Assembly (NCBI RefSeq): GCF_032444005.1
Contig: NC_091282.1
Span: forward strand, 1,203,234,001-1,203,298,000
DNA from: Ranitomeya imitator
Taxonomy: Eukaryota
Direction of reading: 5' to 3'
Length of the DNA: 64,000 nt
Part shown: positions 25,034 through 36,224 of the stretch, piece by piece
Layout of the letters: each line of letters opens with the position of its first letter
Position numbering within the stretch: the first letter of the stretch is position 1
Program-made: the position numbers and the translations under genes
Notes under the pieces: model-generated
The model's database searches: none
What the model was told of the DNA's origin: nothing
The model's input: only the letters and a program-made list of their open reading frames with translations

Positions 25034-26189
25034 AAAGGTAATACCTCAGCAGATTTTGGCTATGTAATCTTAGAGCAGCATGTTATAGGGGCAGAGACCC
25101 AGATTCCAGCGATGTGTCACTTACTGGGCTGTGTGTTGCTGTTTCAAGAACATCAGTGTTTTAACAGCAGGAGATTATCAGTAGAGGACTAGGTGTCTCG
25201 TGCCTCCTGGTCCAACCACATCCCCCACCACTGATTAGCAGCTTTCTGTCAATACACAGTGTACACAGAAAGTTGTCAATCACTGGTGTGGGTGGGTTTA
25301 TACAGAGAGAAAGCTGCCAATCAGTGGTGTGGGTGGGGTTATACAGCGAGAGAAAGCAGCCAGTGGTGTAGGCGGGGTTACACAGAGAAAGCTGCCAATC
25401 AGTGGTGTGGGTGGTGTTGTACAGAGAGAGAAAGCAGCCAATCAGTGGTGTAGGCGGGGTTACACGAGAAAGCTGCCAATCAGTGGTGTGGGTGGGGTTA
25501 TACAGAGAGAAAGCAGCCAATCAGTGCTGTGGGGAGTGTCACACAGAGAAAGCTGTCAATCAGTGGTGTGGGTGGGGTTATACAGCGAGAGAAAGCAGCC
25601 AATCAGTGGTGTAGGCGGGGTTACACAGAGAAAGCTGACAGTGGTGTGGGTGGTGTTATACAGAGAGAGAAAGCAGCCAATCAGTGGTGTAGGCGGGGTT
25701 ACACGAGAAAGCTGCCAATCAGTGGTGTGGGTGGGGTTATACAGAGAGAAAGCAGCCAATCAGTGCTGTGGGGAGTGTTACACAGAGAAAGCTGTCAATC
25801 AGTGGTGTGGGTGGGGTTATACAGCGAGAGAAAGCAGCCAATCAGTGGTGTAGGCGGGGTTACACAGAGAAAGCTGACAATCAGTGGTGTGGGTGGGGTT
25901 ATAAAGAGAGAAAGCAGCCAATCAGTGGTGTAGGCGGGGTTACACAGAGAAAGCTGACAATCAGTGGTGTGGGTGGGGTTATAAAGAGAGAAAGCAGCCA
26001 ATCAGTGGTGTAGGCGGGGTTGCACAGGGTTCAGCATTCAGCGCTCTGCTAGAAATGCAGCAGAGAAGCGTGTTTGTATCAAAATGGCAGCATGCAGCCC
26101 ATCAAGTGATACATCGCTGGATTCAGGCTCTTTGCCTCTACATCATGCTGTTCTCAGTTTTCATAACAAAAATCTGCTGACAGATTCCT
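25034..26189. mobile_element. TTAA-flanked T2/Kolobok-like MITE with an internal ~40 bp tandem array (25240-26025)
   Basis: TTAA|AAGGTAATACCTCAGCAGATTTTG ... CAAAATCTGCTGACAGATTCCTT|TTAA. Internal unit tacacagagaaagctgccaatcagtggtgtgggtggggtta. Confidence 0.78.
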
Positions 26190-29100
26190 TTTAAATAATT
26201 TATGGGCAGTTTTTGCAGATTGGCATGCACATTACCCTGTAGAAAGAGGGCCCTGCCATTAGGAAATATTGATGCCGTAAAGCAGTGTACTGGCTTTGGT
26301 ATATCCACATGAAAGCCATAGTCACAGAGCATTGCCCCCACCATCAAACTGCCTCCACTGGCTTGTGTATCAGTACTTCATCCATTGCCGATTATTAAGG
26401 ACCTTGGTTTTATATTGCACAGAACCTCAATATCTCACAGCCCACTTGAATGCTTGGCTAGAAAGAAGTTCTAGGTGTGAAAAAAGGATGAGCCTGCACT
26501 ATGCAGCAATGCATCATCGTACCTGCAGAGGGAGCCACTCAGTGCCCCACAGTGCCCATGCTACCAGGCAAAGACCTGGCGGCTCTGTGCCACAACACCA
26601 CAAGGCACCAACAGCAAGACAGTTTGGTGGTGTGACCCAGAGCCCAGCAGCATGGATCTTGTTGGATGCCCGGTTTGCTGCCGCTTTCATCACTTTTTCA
26701 TGACTTATTGACGACACATACACCTTCCTACATGAGGCTTGAAGAGGTCACCATGACACAGCAGTGGACATAATACTTATTGATCCAAAGAGTTATTATG
26801 ATTAAAGATCTCTTTTGTTACAATATGTTCTTAAAAATGATTCTTAAAGATTTCAGTTGTCCTTACTCTCCATCTCCAGAAATCTAAGGGCCTGGTCAAA
26901 AAAATAAGGATCAAAATTGTCCATTTATTTGTTCTCATTTTATTCCCACTTCTCTTCTGAGTTTTCCATTTTTTTTATTTTTTAAAATCCACCATACGGA
27001 TCTTGAGATATGGATCTTTTTATTTCGTGCTTTATCAATAGGATCCTCTGGGGCGTGTCTCTAGGCTGCGCCGCATTACCATGTGAGCCACGCCCCCTTG
27101 CTTTACGCCATAAAAATGTGCACTCAATAAAAAGGTCCATATCTCAGGATCCGTATGGCGGATTTTAAAAAATAAACTATCGGTATACTCAGGGGACTGG
27201 TGGGAACAAGATAAGAACAAAAGCTGGTCACCTTTCACATTTGCTGTTAAATATGTATAAATTACAAATAGTCTGGAAAACATTGCGCCTCTTCGAATAT
27301 TCCCATCTCCTGTTTGCCGCTACAATAGCCCTCTGTGAGTCCTGTCTAATGTACGGGTGGGGGCCAATCTTCACGCTGGAGAATCTGTGTACTGATAAAA
27401 AGAACATACTTTCCCCTTAGTCCTCTCTTCTCCCATAACCCGCCGACATAATCAGATGCAAATTCATTTTGTTTAGGTACGATGCATGAGCGATGCATTT
27501 AGACACTATGGGTCCCATCCATCACGGGAAACTGTAATTTTTGTTATCAGTCTAACACTAATCAAAAGGGAAACCCTGCCACTATCGCTGACCTGTGAAA
27601 CGTCCCAATTATACTCCTGGAAATGACAGGAGCACTTAACTTCCTCGCTGAGCAAATGACGACGATCAATCAACTCTGAATAACAATGAGCTGCGGAGCT
27701 GAAAATTATTTTTTGTATAGAATCTCCCCGGGAATTTATGAAAGGTGAAAAGCAACCCAAGGTTTTAGGGGGCATTACCGCTTTCAGTGACAGCCGCGCA
27801 TATCAAACACTAAACACAATTTATGGATTTTAATTTCCTAAAAAGGTAGATGCGAGTCTGGCTCTACAATGCATAACATATAGTGCCAAGCCTCCACAGG
27901 AGGAACGTTATCCTTATTTAGGACTTTCTTAAATATAGAAGTAGCTCCTTGACGCTGACCTCTGATACACAAGACCTTAAAGTCCTACTAGTTCCATTAC
28001 ATAATCCCTAATCACAAAAATGTGCTGACCAAAAGTAATCTCTTTTCATTAGGATTTTACTAAAACTACTGTGATCACTAGTGATCGATAAGAAATCAAC
28101 AAGTGTTACATTTCCACACAGCACTCCCACAGGAGAAATGAGGAATTACACAATTCTCACTGAAATTAATGAGCTGGCACTTGGGGTTCTTCCAAAACTT
28201 TTTTTAATTTTATTTATTTATTTTTAGATCCTCATCTCTCTAATAAATGAAGGCGCATTTGGTTCTACAGTCCATTTGAAATTGGACTTTAGAACCATAA
28301 AAAAGCAGTTCCAGTCAGACAGACAATCTTACACCGCTACAGATATTTTTGTACATAGTTTACCATTTTTCGGAACTAAAAAATGTGATTAAACCAATAG
28401 CCACCACCTCACCCTGTCCCTCCTGCTGACATTGGCCCTGGTGGGCTGTTTGACTGGCCCAATATTTGCACTTAAACTTGACTTTGGCCCCGTTTCTTGA
28501 CTTTGGCCCCGCTCTCGCTTTTGGGATTGATCATGCGTCTATTTCCAACCATTGACTACATCATCATCTCATCCTCAAACTGCAATATTCCTGGTGACCA
28601 CCATTAGTGCCGTTCCTGCCTAAATTACTGGTCCATAAGAGAACCTGGTAGAAATTATTAATTTTTTTTTTTTTTAAACGACAACATTTTTAAAGAGCCG
28701 TTAAAAAAAACACATGATAAAACCTAGTCAGGACGTAGGGGGGAAATTAAGCGCAGTCATGAACGGATTAAAATATCCACATCACTGGTGTTTAACATAA
28801 CATTGCTGATAATTTTCCTTATCAGAATTTTTTTTCACAGGTTTTTCTAAAAGTGTAACAGTCTTCTTCCCCTGCAACGTCTTTTTCACTCACTGGTAAA
28901 AGTCAAATTTCCAAGAAAAGGCGGGTTAGCAGCTCACTGAGGAATCAGGCTAACTGCTGCCTATAGAAGACTATGGAAAGAGGAGTCAGAAAGGAGCAGC
29001 TGCAGAGAGGGACAGAAGCAGAGAAATACAGACGGTGCTGCAGCTTTCTAGTAAGTGTTTTATATCATCTAATCTGCACTGCTAAACAAGGCTGTGGAGT

Positions 29101-29790
29101 CGATAAACCAAACCTCCGACTCCAAAATTTCCATGACACCGACTCCACCAAAATGGGCCCCAACACTAACTCCACGACTCCACAGCCCTGCCAAGGCCGT
29201 GGAGTCGCTAAGCCAAACCTCCGACTCCTCAATTTCCTTCACACCAACTCCACAGCCCTACTAAACAATGCTTCTTCAGAGAAGGGGGTGCTACAGGGAG
29301 GCAGGACCTGTTTACTTACAATTGCTCATTTTGCCTTTCTTCCCAGCTAATACTTCTCTTTTCAATTGGATCTATGACATCACATGACCAAAAACTGACT
29401 AGCGGAATCGGTCTAAGCTCTATGTAGAAAGGGGAGGTCAATTTTCTCAAACACAAGTCATGAGTCACTGCAAAAGTCCCTGGAAGGGAGGAGGGGGTTG
29501 GAGGTTGAAGAGGGAAATGAGTCATACTAGGACAAGAGACTTCCTGTTTCTACATAGGAGCAGAGAAAATAGAATTATTCTTACCGTTAATTCGGTTTCT
29601 AGGAACCTTCCACGACAGCGGTACTGGAGGATGTCTCCCCGCCCTAATGGGGGACAGGAAACACAAAGAGGTTAAATACCCTCCCCTTCCTGCCATCTCC
29701 AGTGTTTTTTCTGGACACAGTAGTATGTATAGTTACCACTTAAGTGCAGGAATCATCCAATAAAATCATCAGATAGGGAGGGAAATTAGT

Positions 29791-29877
29791 GCTGTCGTGG
29801 AAGGTTCCTAGAAACCGAATTAACGGTAAGAATAATTCTATTTTCTCCAGTCACCTTCCACGACAGCGGTACTGGAG
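29791..29877. repeat. DIRS internal complementary region (ICR)
   Basis: Complementary to the two element ends joined: ...aataattcta TTTTCTC cagtcacc... Confidence 0.92.
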
Positions 29878-29904
29878 TAGTACCAACAAATAATTTCTAG
29901 GGGG

Positions 29905-30960
29905 AGACAACCGCCTGCAGAACTGTTCTGCCGAAAGTTAAATCCCGGTTGAAATCAAGCCTGTAGTGCCTGGTGAACGTATGTACTGATGACCAGGTGG
30001 CAGCTCTGCAAATCTGCTCCGTAGAAGCGTCACCCCTCTCTGCCCATGATGTTGACACCGACCGTGTAGAATGGGCCTTCAGTGATGGAGGAGGTGGGAT
30101 TGGGATGAGTATGCCAGAGATATGGCTTGTTTAATCCAGTTGGCGATAGTATTTTTCGTAGCCTTTCTGCCTTTGTTCTTCCCGGAGAGTTGAATGAAGA
30201 GATTTTGGTCAATCCTCCAACTCTCTGTTTGTGAAAGATAATGTAACACCACTCTGCGGACATCCAGAGTGTGGAAGGACTCTTCCTTCACATTAGAAGG
30301 ATCCGGGTAGAATGAGGGCAACACTATGTCCTGACCTCTATGAAAGTCTGATGTTACTTTAGGTAGGAAGGTAGGATCTAGACGCAGGATTATACTATCA
30401 GATGTTACCCTTAAGTAAGGCTCTTGTATGGATAGGGCATGTAGTTCTCCTATCCGTCTGGCCGAGGTAATAGCCACTAAAAAGACCGTTTTTAGGGTAA
30501 GAACCTTTAATGAAATCTGAGATAAAGGCTCAAAAGGATCTCGAGTTAGACTCTTAAGGACCAGATTAAGGTCCCAAGGAGGAGTATTGTTGAGAACTCT
30601 GGGACGGATTCTAGTTGCTGAAGTAACAAAGCGCCTGATCCACCGATGTTTGGCTAGATCCTGATCGAAATAGGAGCCAAGTGCTGAAATTTGTACCTTT
30701 AAGGTGTTAGGCTTAAGACCCAATTCTAGACCCTTTTGCAAGAAGTCCAGAATTTTGGCAATATTTGGATGAAATGGATCAGGAATGTCTGGAAGATACC
30801 ACGATGAAAACCTCTTCCAGATTTTGGCATAAATGGCATTTGTTATGGGTTTTCTACTGTTCTGGAGAGTATGAATTACTCCATCCGAGAGACCTCTTGC
30901 CCTTAGTATCTCGGCCTCAGAAGCCATGCTGAAAGATTCAATCTGTGAAGGTTTGGATGC
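29905..30960 (-). CDS. DIRS tyrosine recombinase domain (one frameshift near 30095)
   Basis: LKTVFLVAITSARRIGEL, then after a 1 bp frameshift LKAHSTRSVSTSWA...AATWSSVHTFTRHY, giving the catalytic R, HxxR, W and Y. Start coordinate approximate; the frame is open far upstream (ORF 30079-32748). Confidence 0.88.
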
Positions 30961-32790
30961 AGCAATGGACCCTGACGAAGATTTTCCTTCTGAGGTAGAC
31001 ACACTGGACCTTCCTGAGCCATGTCTAACAGGGCGCTGTACCAACTCCTCCCTGGCCATGTTGGCGCTATCAAAATCGCCGTAACTCGTTCCGATCGGAT
31101 CTTCTGTAGAGTTTTCGATATTAATGGGATCGGAGGGAATGCATAAACAAGGTCGAACCTCCATGGGTGAGAGAACGCATCCATGCCCAGTACTCTGTCT
31201 GTCATATTTAAGGAGAAATAAGTTCGCAGCTTGGCATTCTGACTGTTGGCAAAAAGGTCCACCTCTGGGATCCCCCATCTGGAAATCAGGGAGAGAAAGA
31301 CCTCCTGGTCCAGACACCATTCTCCTGGATGCACATCCCTTCTGCTCAAGAAATCTGCCTGGGTATTGGCTGACCCCTTCAGGTGAATTGCTGAGATAGA
31401 GAGAACGTGTCTCTCTGCCCAGAAAAAAATGTTTGAGGCTAAGGTCTTTAGTTTCCTGAATCTTGTGCCTACTTGATGACGAAGGTATGCTACCGTGGTC
31501 ATGTTGTCGGAATATATTCTGACATGGTGTCCTTGAACAAGGGAGGATGCAGCTCTTAATGCTTCTTCTACTGCTTTCAGTTCTCTGAAGTTTGAAGAGC
31601 TTGCTCTGATGTCTGGGCCCCAGGTGCCCTGGAAATGGTTTCCCTCGACTATAGCTCCCCATCCCCTTTGACTGGCATCCGATGTTAGTGTCTTTAGTGG
31701 GATCTGATCCCAACTGACCCCCTTTTGGAGGTTTCGAACCCGTAGCCACCATGCCAGGGATGCCTTGACATGATTGGGAAGGCAAACTCTCTTGGAGAGA
31801 GAACTCTGCTGACCGTCCCAGGATGATAGGACATGGGTTTGGAGGATTCTCGTGTGGGCTTGTGCCCAAGGTACCATCTGGATACAAGATGTTAGAGATC
31901 CCAGCACAGACATGGAATGTCGTAGCGTAGGAACCTTCAGGGTTCTGAATGCCGTTATCTTCTGTACCAGATCGAGTTGACGTTCTCTGGGCAGAAAGGA
32001 TCTCCTCGCCTCCGAGCCCAGAAGGACTCCTAGGAACTCCTTCCTCCTGGAGGGATGAAGGTCCGATTTTTCTAGATTTGGGATCCAACCCAATGATTTT
32101 AGGATTTCTAGAGACCTTGTTAAGTCGGCACTGAGGCGGGAGACTGAGGGAGCGACAATGAGAAGATCGTCTAGATAGGGTACTATGCAGATCCCCTGAA
32201 GACGGATGAATATAATGGCTTCTGTCATGATTTTTGTAAAGACTCTGGGTGCTGAGGCGATTCCGAAGGGAAGGGAGTTGAACTGATAGTGTACTATCTC
32301 CCGATCCTGAGATATTGCAAATCTTAGGAACTTCCGGAATTCTGGATGGATTGGGACGTGGTAATAAGCGTCCCTCAGATCTACTGTAGCCATCGCCCAG
32401 TCCTGTCCTATCAGAGGGATCGCTGTCTTGACCGACTCCATCTTGAACCTCCTGTAGGTTATTACTTGATTCAGGGGCTTCAAGTTGATTATTATTCGGT
32501 GCTTCCCCGAAGGCTTCTTGATCAGAAACAGATGGGAATAGTTTCCTCTGCCAATTTCTTGCTGAGGTACTGGGGAAATTACTCCTTCCTGGAGTAAGTT
32601 CTGTAGGCCGGAAAGGAATGCGCCCTGAGGGCTGAGACTCTGTAATGAGGTTATCCTCATGTGATGAGGGGGAGGGCTCTCGAACTCTAATTTTAGTCCA
32701 TTCTGAATAGTGTCGAGTACCCACTGGTTCGACGAAATGGACCTCCACTGGTTGATAAAGTTCGAGAGACGCCCCCCAACGCCCTGGGCG
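30903..32790 (-). CDS. DIRS reverse transcriptase - RNase H - methyltransferase-like ORF
   Basis: VGGRLSNF..QW, FLIKKPSGKHRIIINLKPLN, DLRDAYYHVPI, LPFGIASAPRVFTK, PYLDDLL, TSDASQRGWGA (RNase H), VDLFA...VYAFPP (MT-like). No stop seen. Confidence 0.94.
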
Positions 32791-32793
32791 TAG

Positions 32794-34086
32794 TCACTGC
32801 TTTTCTGGGGTCTGCTGGGACTGGGGAACCAGGATGTTCCTACCTTTCCCCCCTTTAGGATAGCTCCAGCGTCCTGATTTGCCTTTCCCTTTGAATTCCC
32901 GTTGGAAGGGTTGCTCTTTTGAGGGACGAAAAAAACGTTTCTTCGGATTTCTCTGTTCCGGAAGCGCTTTCTTTTTGTCCGTTGCTTTATCTAGAATATC
33001 ATCCAGGGCCTGCCCGAACAGATAGCGGCCCTGAAAGGGAATGGCACATAGTTTTGTTTTGGACGTTATATCCCCACTCCAAGACTTGAGCCATAGAGCT
33101 CTTCTGGCTGAGTTAGAGAGAACTGCTGATTTGGCAGCCACTCTTACGGACTCTGCCGAAGCATCGGCCAGGAAGCCCGTAGCTTTCTGGAGAAGCGGGA
33201 GAGAATCTAAGATTATTTCCCTAGATGTTCCCCGGGTAAGGTGGTCTTCCAGCGTGCGGAGCCAACGAAATAGGGATCTAGCCACGCAGGTGGACGCAAT
33301 GTTTGTTTTAAGGAGATTGGTAGAAGTCTCCCACGATCTTCTTAGTAAACTCTCCATTTTGCGGTCCATAGGGTCTCTGAGTTGGGAAGAATCCTCGAAA
33401 GGGAGGGTTGTCTTTTTTGACACTCTAGAGACCTGCACGTCTACCTTAGGGGTATCCCACAGAGAGACATCTCCATCGAGAGAAAAACGATTTTTAAGTT
33501 CAGAGGGAACAGAAAGACCTTTTTCAGGCGATTCCCATTCATGAAGGATGAGACTCTGTACATTCTCATGTATAGGGAACCCTTTTAATTTTTTAGGTTT
33601 CAACCCACCGAACATCTCATCCTGCACCGATGGCTTCTCCTCCTCCTCCTCAACACCCATTGTCCCCCTGACCATACTGATTAACTCCTGTATGTCCTCT
33701 GAGGAAAAATAATATTTTTTACTCTCCTCTCTGGGGGTGGAAGTGGAGCCCTCATTCTCCCACAAATCCTCCGAGCCCGAGGAATGAACTTCACCAGAAT
33801 CTGAATCAGAAGTAACCGCCGCCGTCTTCCTTTTTTTAGGAGGAGGTGGCGGAGGTAACAGAGACTGGGAAAGGGCCGATACCGAGGATTGCACTTCCTG
33901 TTTAATGAGGGATTTAATGCTCTCAAACAAGGATGGCTGTGCTGAGCGAATTATTTCATCGGTGCAGGGCTGGCATAGTCTCTTCTTGTAAGAAGAAGGT
34001 AGTTTTGATGCACAAACACCACATTTACGATCTTCCGATTTTGTCTTGGAAGATCTGTCCTTCCTAGGGGCAGAGGCCTTGTCTCC
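32794..34086 (-). CDS. DIRS ORF1 (gag-like), main exon
   Basis: Open frame extends 156 nt upstream of the listed TTG to an AG acceptor at 34087 and includes CGVC...CQPC. C-terminal part RRALWLKSWSGDITSKTKLCAIPFQGRYLFG is typical of vertebrate DIRS ORF1. Confidence 0.85.
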   Translation of the reverse strand, partial: GDKASAPRKDRSSKTKSEDRKCGVCASKLPSSYKKRLCQPCTDEIIRSAQPSLFESIKSLIKQEVQSSVSALSQSLLPPPPPPKKRKTAAVTSDSDSGEVHSSGSEDLWENEGSTSTPREESKKYYFSSEDIQELISMVRGTMGVEEEEEKPSVQDEMFGGLKPKKLKGFPIHENVQSLILHEWESPEKGLSVPSELKNRFSLDGDVSLWDTPKVDVQVSRVSKKTTLPFEDSSQLRDPMDRKMESLLRRSWETSTNLLKTNIASTCVARSLFRWLRTLEDHLTRGTSREIILDSLPLLQKATGFLADASAESVRVAAKSAVLSNSARRALWLKSWSGDITSKTKLCAIPFQGRYLFGQALDDILDKATDKKKALPEQRNPKKRFFRPSKEQPFQREFKGKGKSGRWSYPKGGKGRNILVPQSQQTPEKQ

Positions 34087-34166
34087 CTAAAAAAGAGAGA
34101 GAAGGGGACTAAGTATATGGCACCCTAAGGAATACAGGGATAAAGGGACCTTAACCCACTACTCAC

Positions 34167-34223
34167 AGTAGGAGGGAGGACGCATGGCTCGGCAGAAGCA
34201 GAGATAGATCTGTCACCCTCCAT
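34167..34223 (-). CDS. Predicted first exon of DIRS ORF1 (MEGDRSISASAEPCVLPPT)
   Basis: ATG in gaccATGG context, 57 nt, then GTGAGT donor, 80 bp intron ending ctctctttttTAG, phase 0 join. Confidence 0.6.
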
Positions 34224-35389
34224 GGTCAGTCAGCACTGTAGTCCAGTCAGTCAGACAGGGGGCCTTACCTGGAGGTGACTACCAGGGTTAAATACCGTGG
34301 AAGTTGCGTCCCATGTTGTGCTCCTCCTCCCGGTCCCAGGCGTAGGGGAAAGACCGCTATGCCGCCAACAGAAACTGCAGTCCGACGCGCGTGCGTTCCA
34401 CCGCTGGAACGCACATGCCGAGAACCGGAAGTTCGGGTACTTCCGGTTCGCGCGTCCACTGTTTCCGACCATGAGGAGAGGAGGAAATGCCGGGGAGCCG
34501 CGCGGGGACCCCGGCCGCACCACACCGCTTTACTCCCGAAGGAGTGCGGGAGGAGCGGAGAAAGGGTCCCGAGTCCGCACCATGTGGGGAGACGGGAGCA
34601 GCGCCGCAGGGAGGAGACACATCCCGACCCAGGCTGCCCGGCTAGGTAAGACCTGAGTGCTCCGATCGCCGGCCACGGCAGCACTACCGCAGGACCTCTT
34701 CATGCCCCAATAGGGGACAGGAAAAACACTGGAGATGGCAGGAAGGGGAGGGTATTTAACCTCTTTGTGTTTCCTGTCCCCCATTAGGGCGGGGAGACAT
34801 CCTCCAGTACCGCTGTCGTGGAAGGTGACTGGAGAAAAGAGAAGAATTAGCTGGGTAGAAAGGCAGAATGAGCAATTGTATGTACACAGTGCAGGATAAA
34901 AACTTTGATGGGAGGAGGAATGCTTCTTTAATGGGGCTGCCAGAGAAAGCAGGCGTATAGTGCACCCCCATAGACAATGAATGAAGCAGAGGTTGAGCAT
35001 GCGCACTGCTGCAACAGTCAAAAGGAGGCTCGGAGTTCCAAAAGTTCCAATTTCCGGGATTGTGGTGGTCCTGGCAGTCGGATCCCCAGCAATTTACAAA
35101 ATATCCACTATCCCATGGATGGGGAATAAGTCCTAGGTCTTAGGATCGACATTCAGTACAATGTCAGTATCCTGGGATCAGGCAAGATCCATAAATCAAA
35201 GGCGAAGAGGAAAGTTTCTGCAATGTGCGCCCGTTCCCAGTACTGCAGCCCTTTCTCATAGACAGGGCTGATCCGCGGCACCAGGCACAGTCACATTTAT
35301 ATGGGTCTAGTGCGGCAAAGGGGTAACAGGCTACTGACTGCACTGCAGCGCCTCTTTTCTTTGGAGGTCCCACAATCATAAGTTACAAC

Positions 35390-35702
35390 ATTAAAAGGAG
35401 TCGCCCCCTTTCTGAAAAGTTTTTCATATAAACTCCATAAATAACCTGTGCTTTATTCACCCTCCATGTGTCCGGGGCAGAGTCTCCAGGTGTCTGCAGC
35501 CAATGACGTGGACGGCAAAAGACGATCAAAGCCGCTGAGCTCACCGACTGGCTGCAGCGCTGTCGTCAGGACATCAGTGCTGCATAAAACAGACACCAGC
35601 GCCGAGCCTGGGGAGGGTGAGCAAGGCTCACTTTTTTTTCTGCTAACAGAGCCTAAGATTTTATTTATTTATTTATTTTTTTAAAGGTGACAACCCCTCT
35701 AA
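35390..35702. mobile_element. TTAA-type MITE, degenerate
   Basis: ttaaaaggagtcgcccc ... ggtgacaacccctctaa imperfect terminal inverted repeats. Confidence 0.5.
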
Positions 35703-36224
35703 TAAACCCGGCTAAACATATTGATTTTTCATTTAATAAAAAAAAAACTAAATAATCTGATAGATCTCGGTAATCAGCCCTAATAAACCGATGTAAAGTA
35801 ATTATACAGGGAGGGGGGTACGGCCAGAAGCCATCACATATAATCCTCGGTGTCCACCCATTAAATACATTTGCCAATTAATCTGTTTTGCGACCTCAAT
35901 TATTTCTCGCCCGCTTTTTACGCCTTTTGCCTGAAATAAATAAGTGAAGGCAGCGGAAGCCGTCCTCAGACACGAGAACTCTAAACTTCATTTGTCTTTC
36001 AGCGAGCTTGATGGCTGCGCATTTAAAAACCCATTCGGTCTTATAAAGTAAAAATTAAGTGTGCTCAGCTGTGATGGCGACCATCGCCTCTGCTATTTAT
36101 ATGCTAATACAGGTGGAAGCCTGAAAATTATTCTGCCATGCCAAGATCTCATGTGCATCTACTCAGCGAGGAGACGGGAGGTCTCTACCAGAAGGAGGTC
36201 ATGGCCGGCGGATGGAACTGCTCC

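Larger units (their letters stand above)
29563..34838 (-). mobile_element. DIRS1-type tyrosine-recombinase retrotransposon, near intact
   Basis: Identical ~103 bp inverted terminal repeats (29605-29709 and 34722-34826), an internal complementary region (29791-29877), and overlapping gag-like, RT/RNaseH/MT and YR ORFs. Confidence 0.97.

Noticed and set aside
26296-26723. 135 aa and 69 aa ORFs in unique-looking DNA
   Set aside because: No recognisable homology or supported splice structure.
34251-34684. Several GC-rich ORFs in the DIRS leader
   Set aside because: Expected by chance in GC-rich leader DNA. Only the spliced ATG at 34223 links to ORF1.
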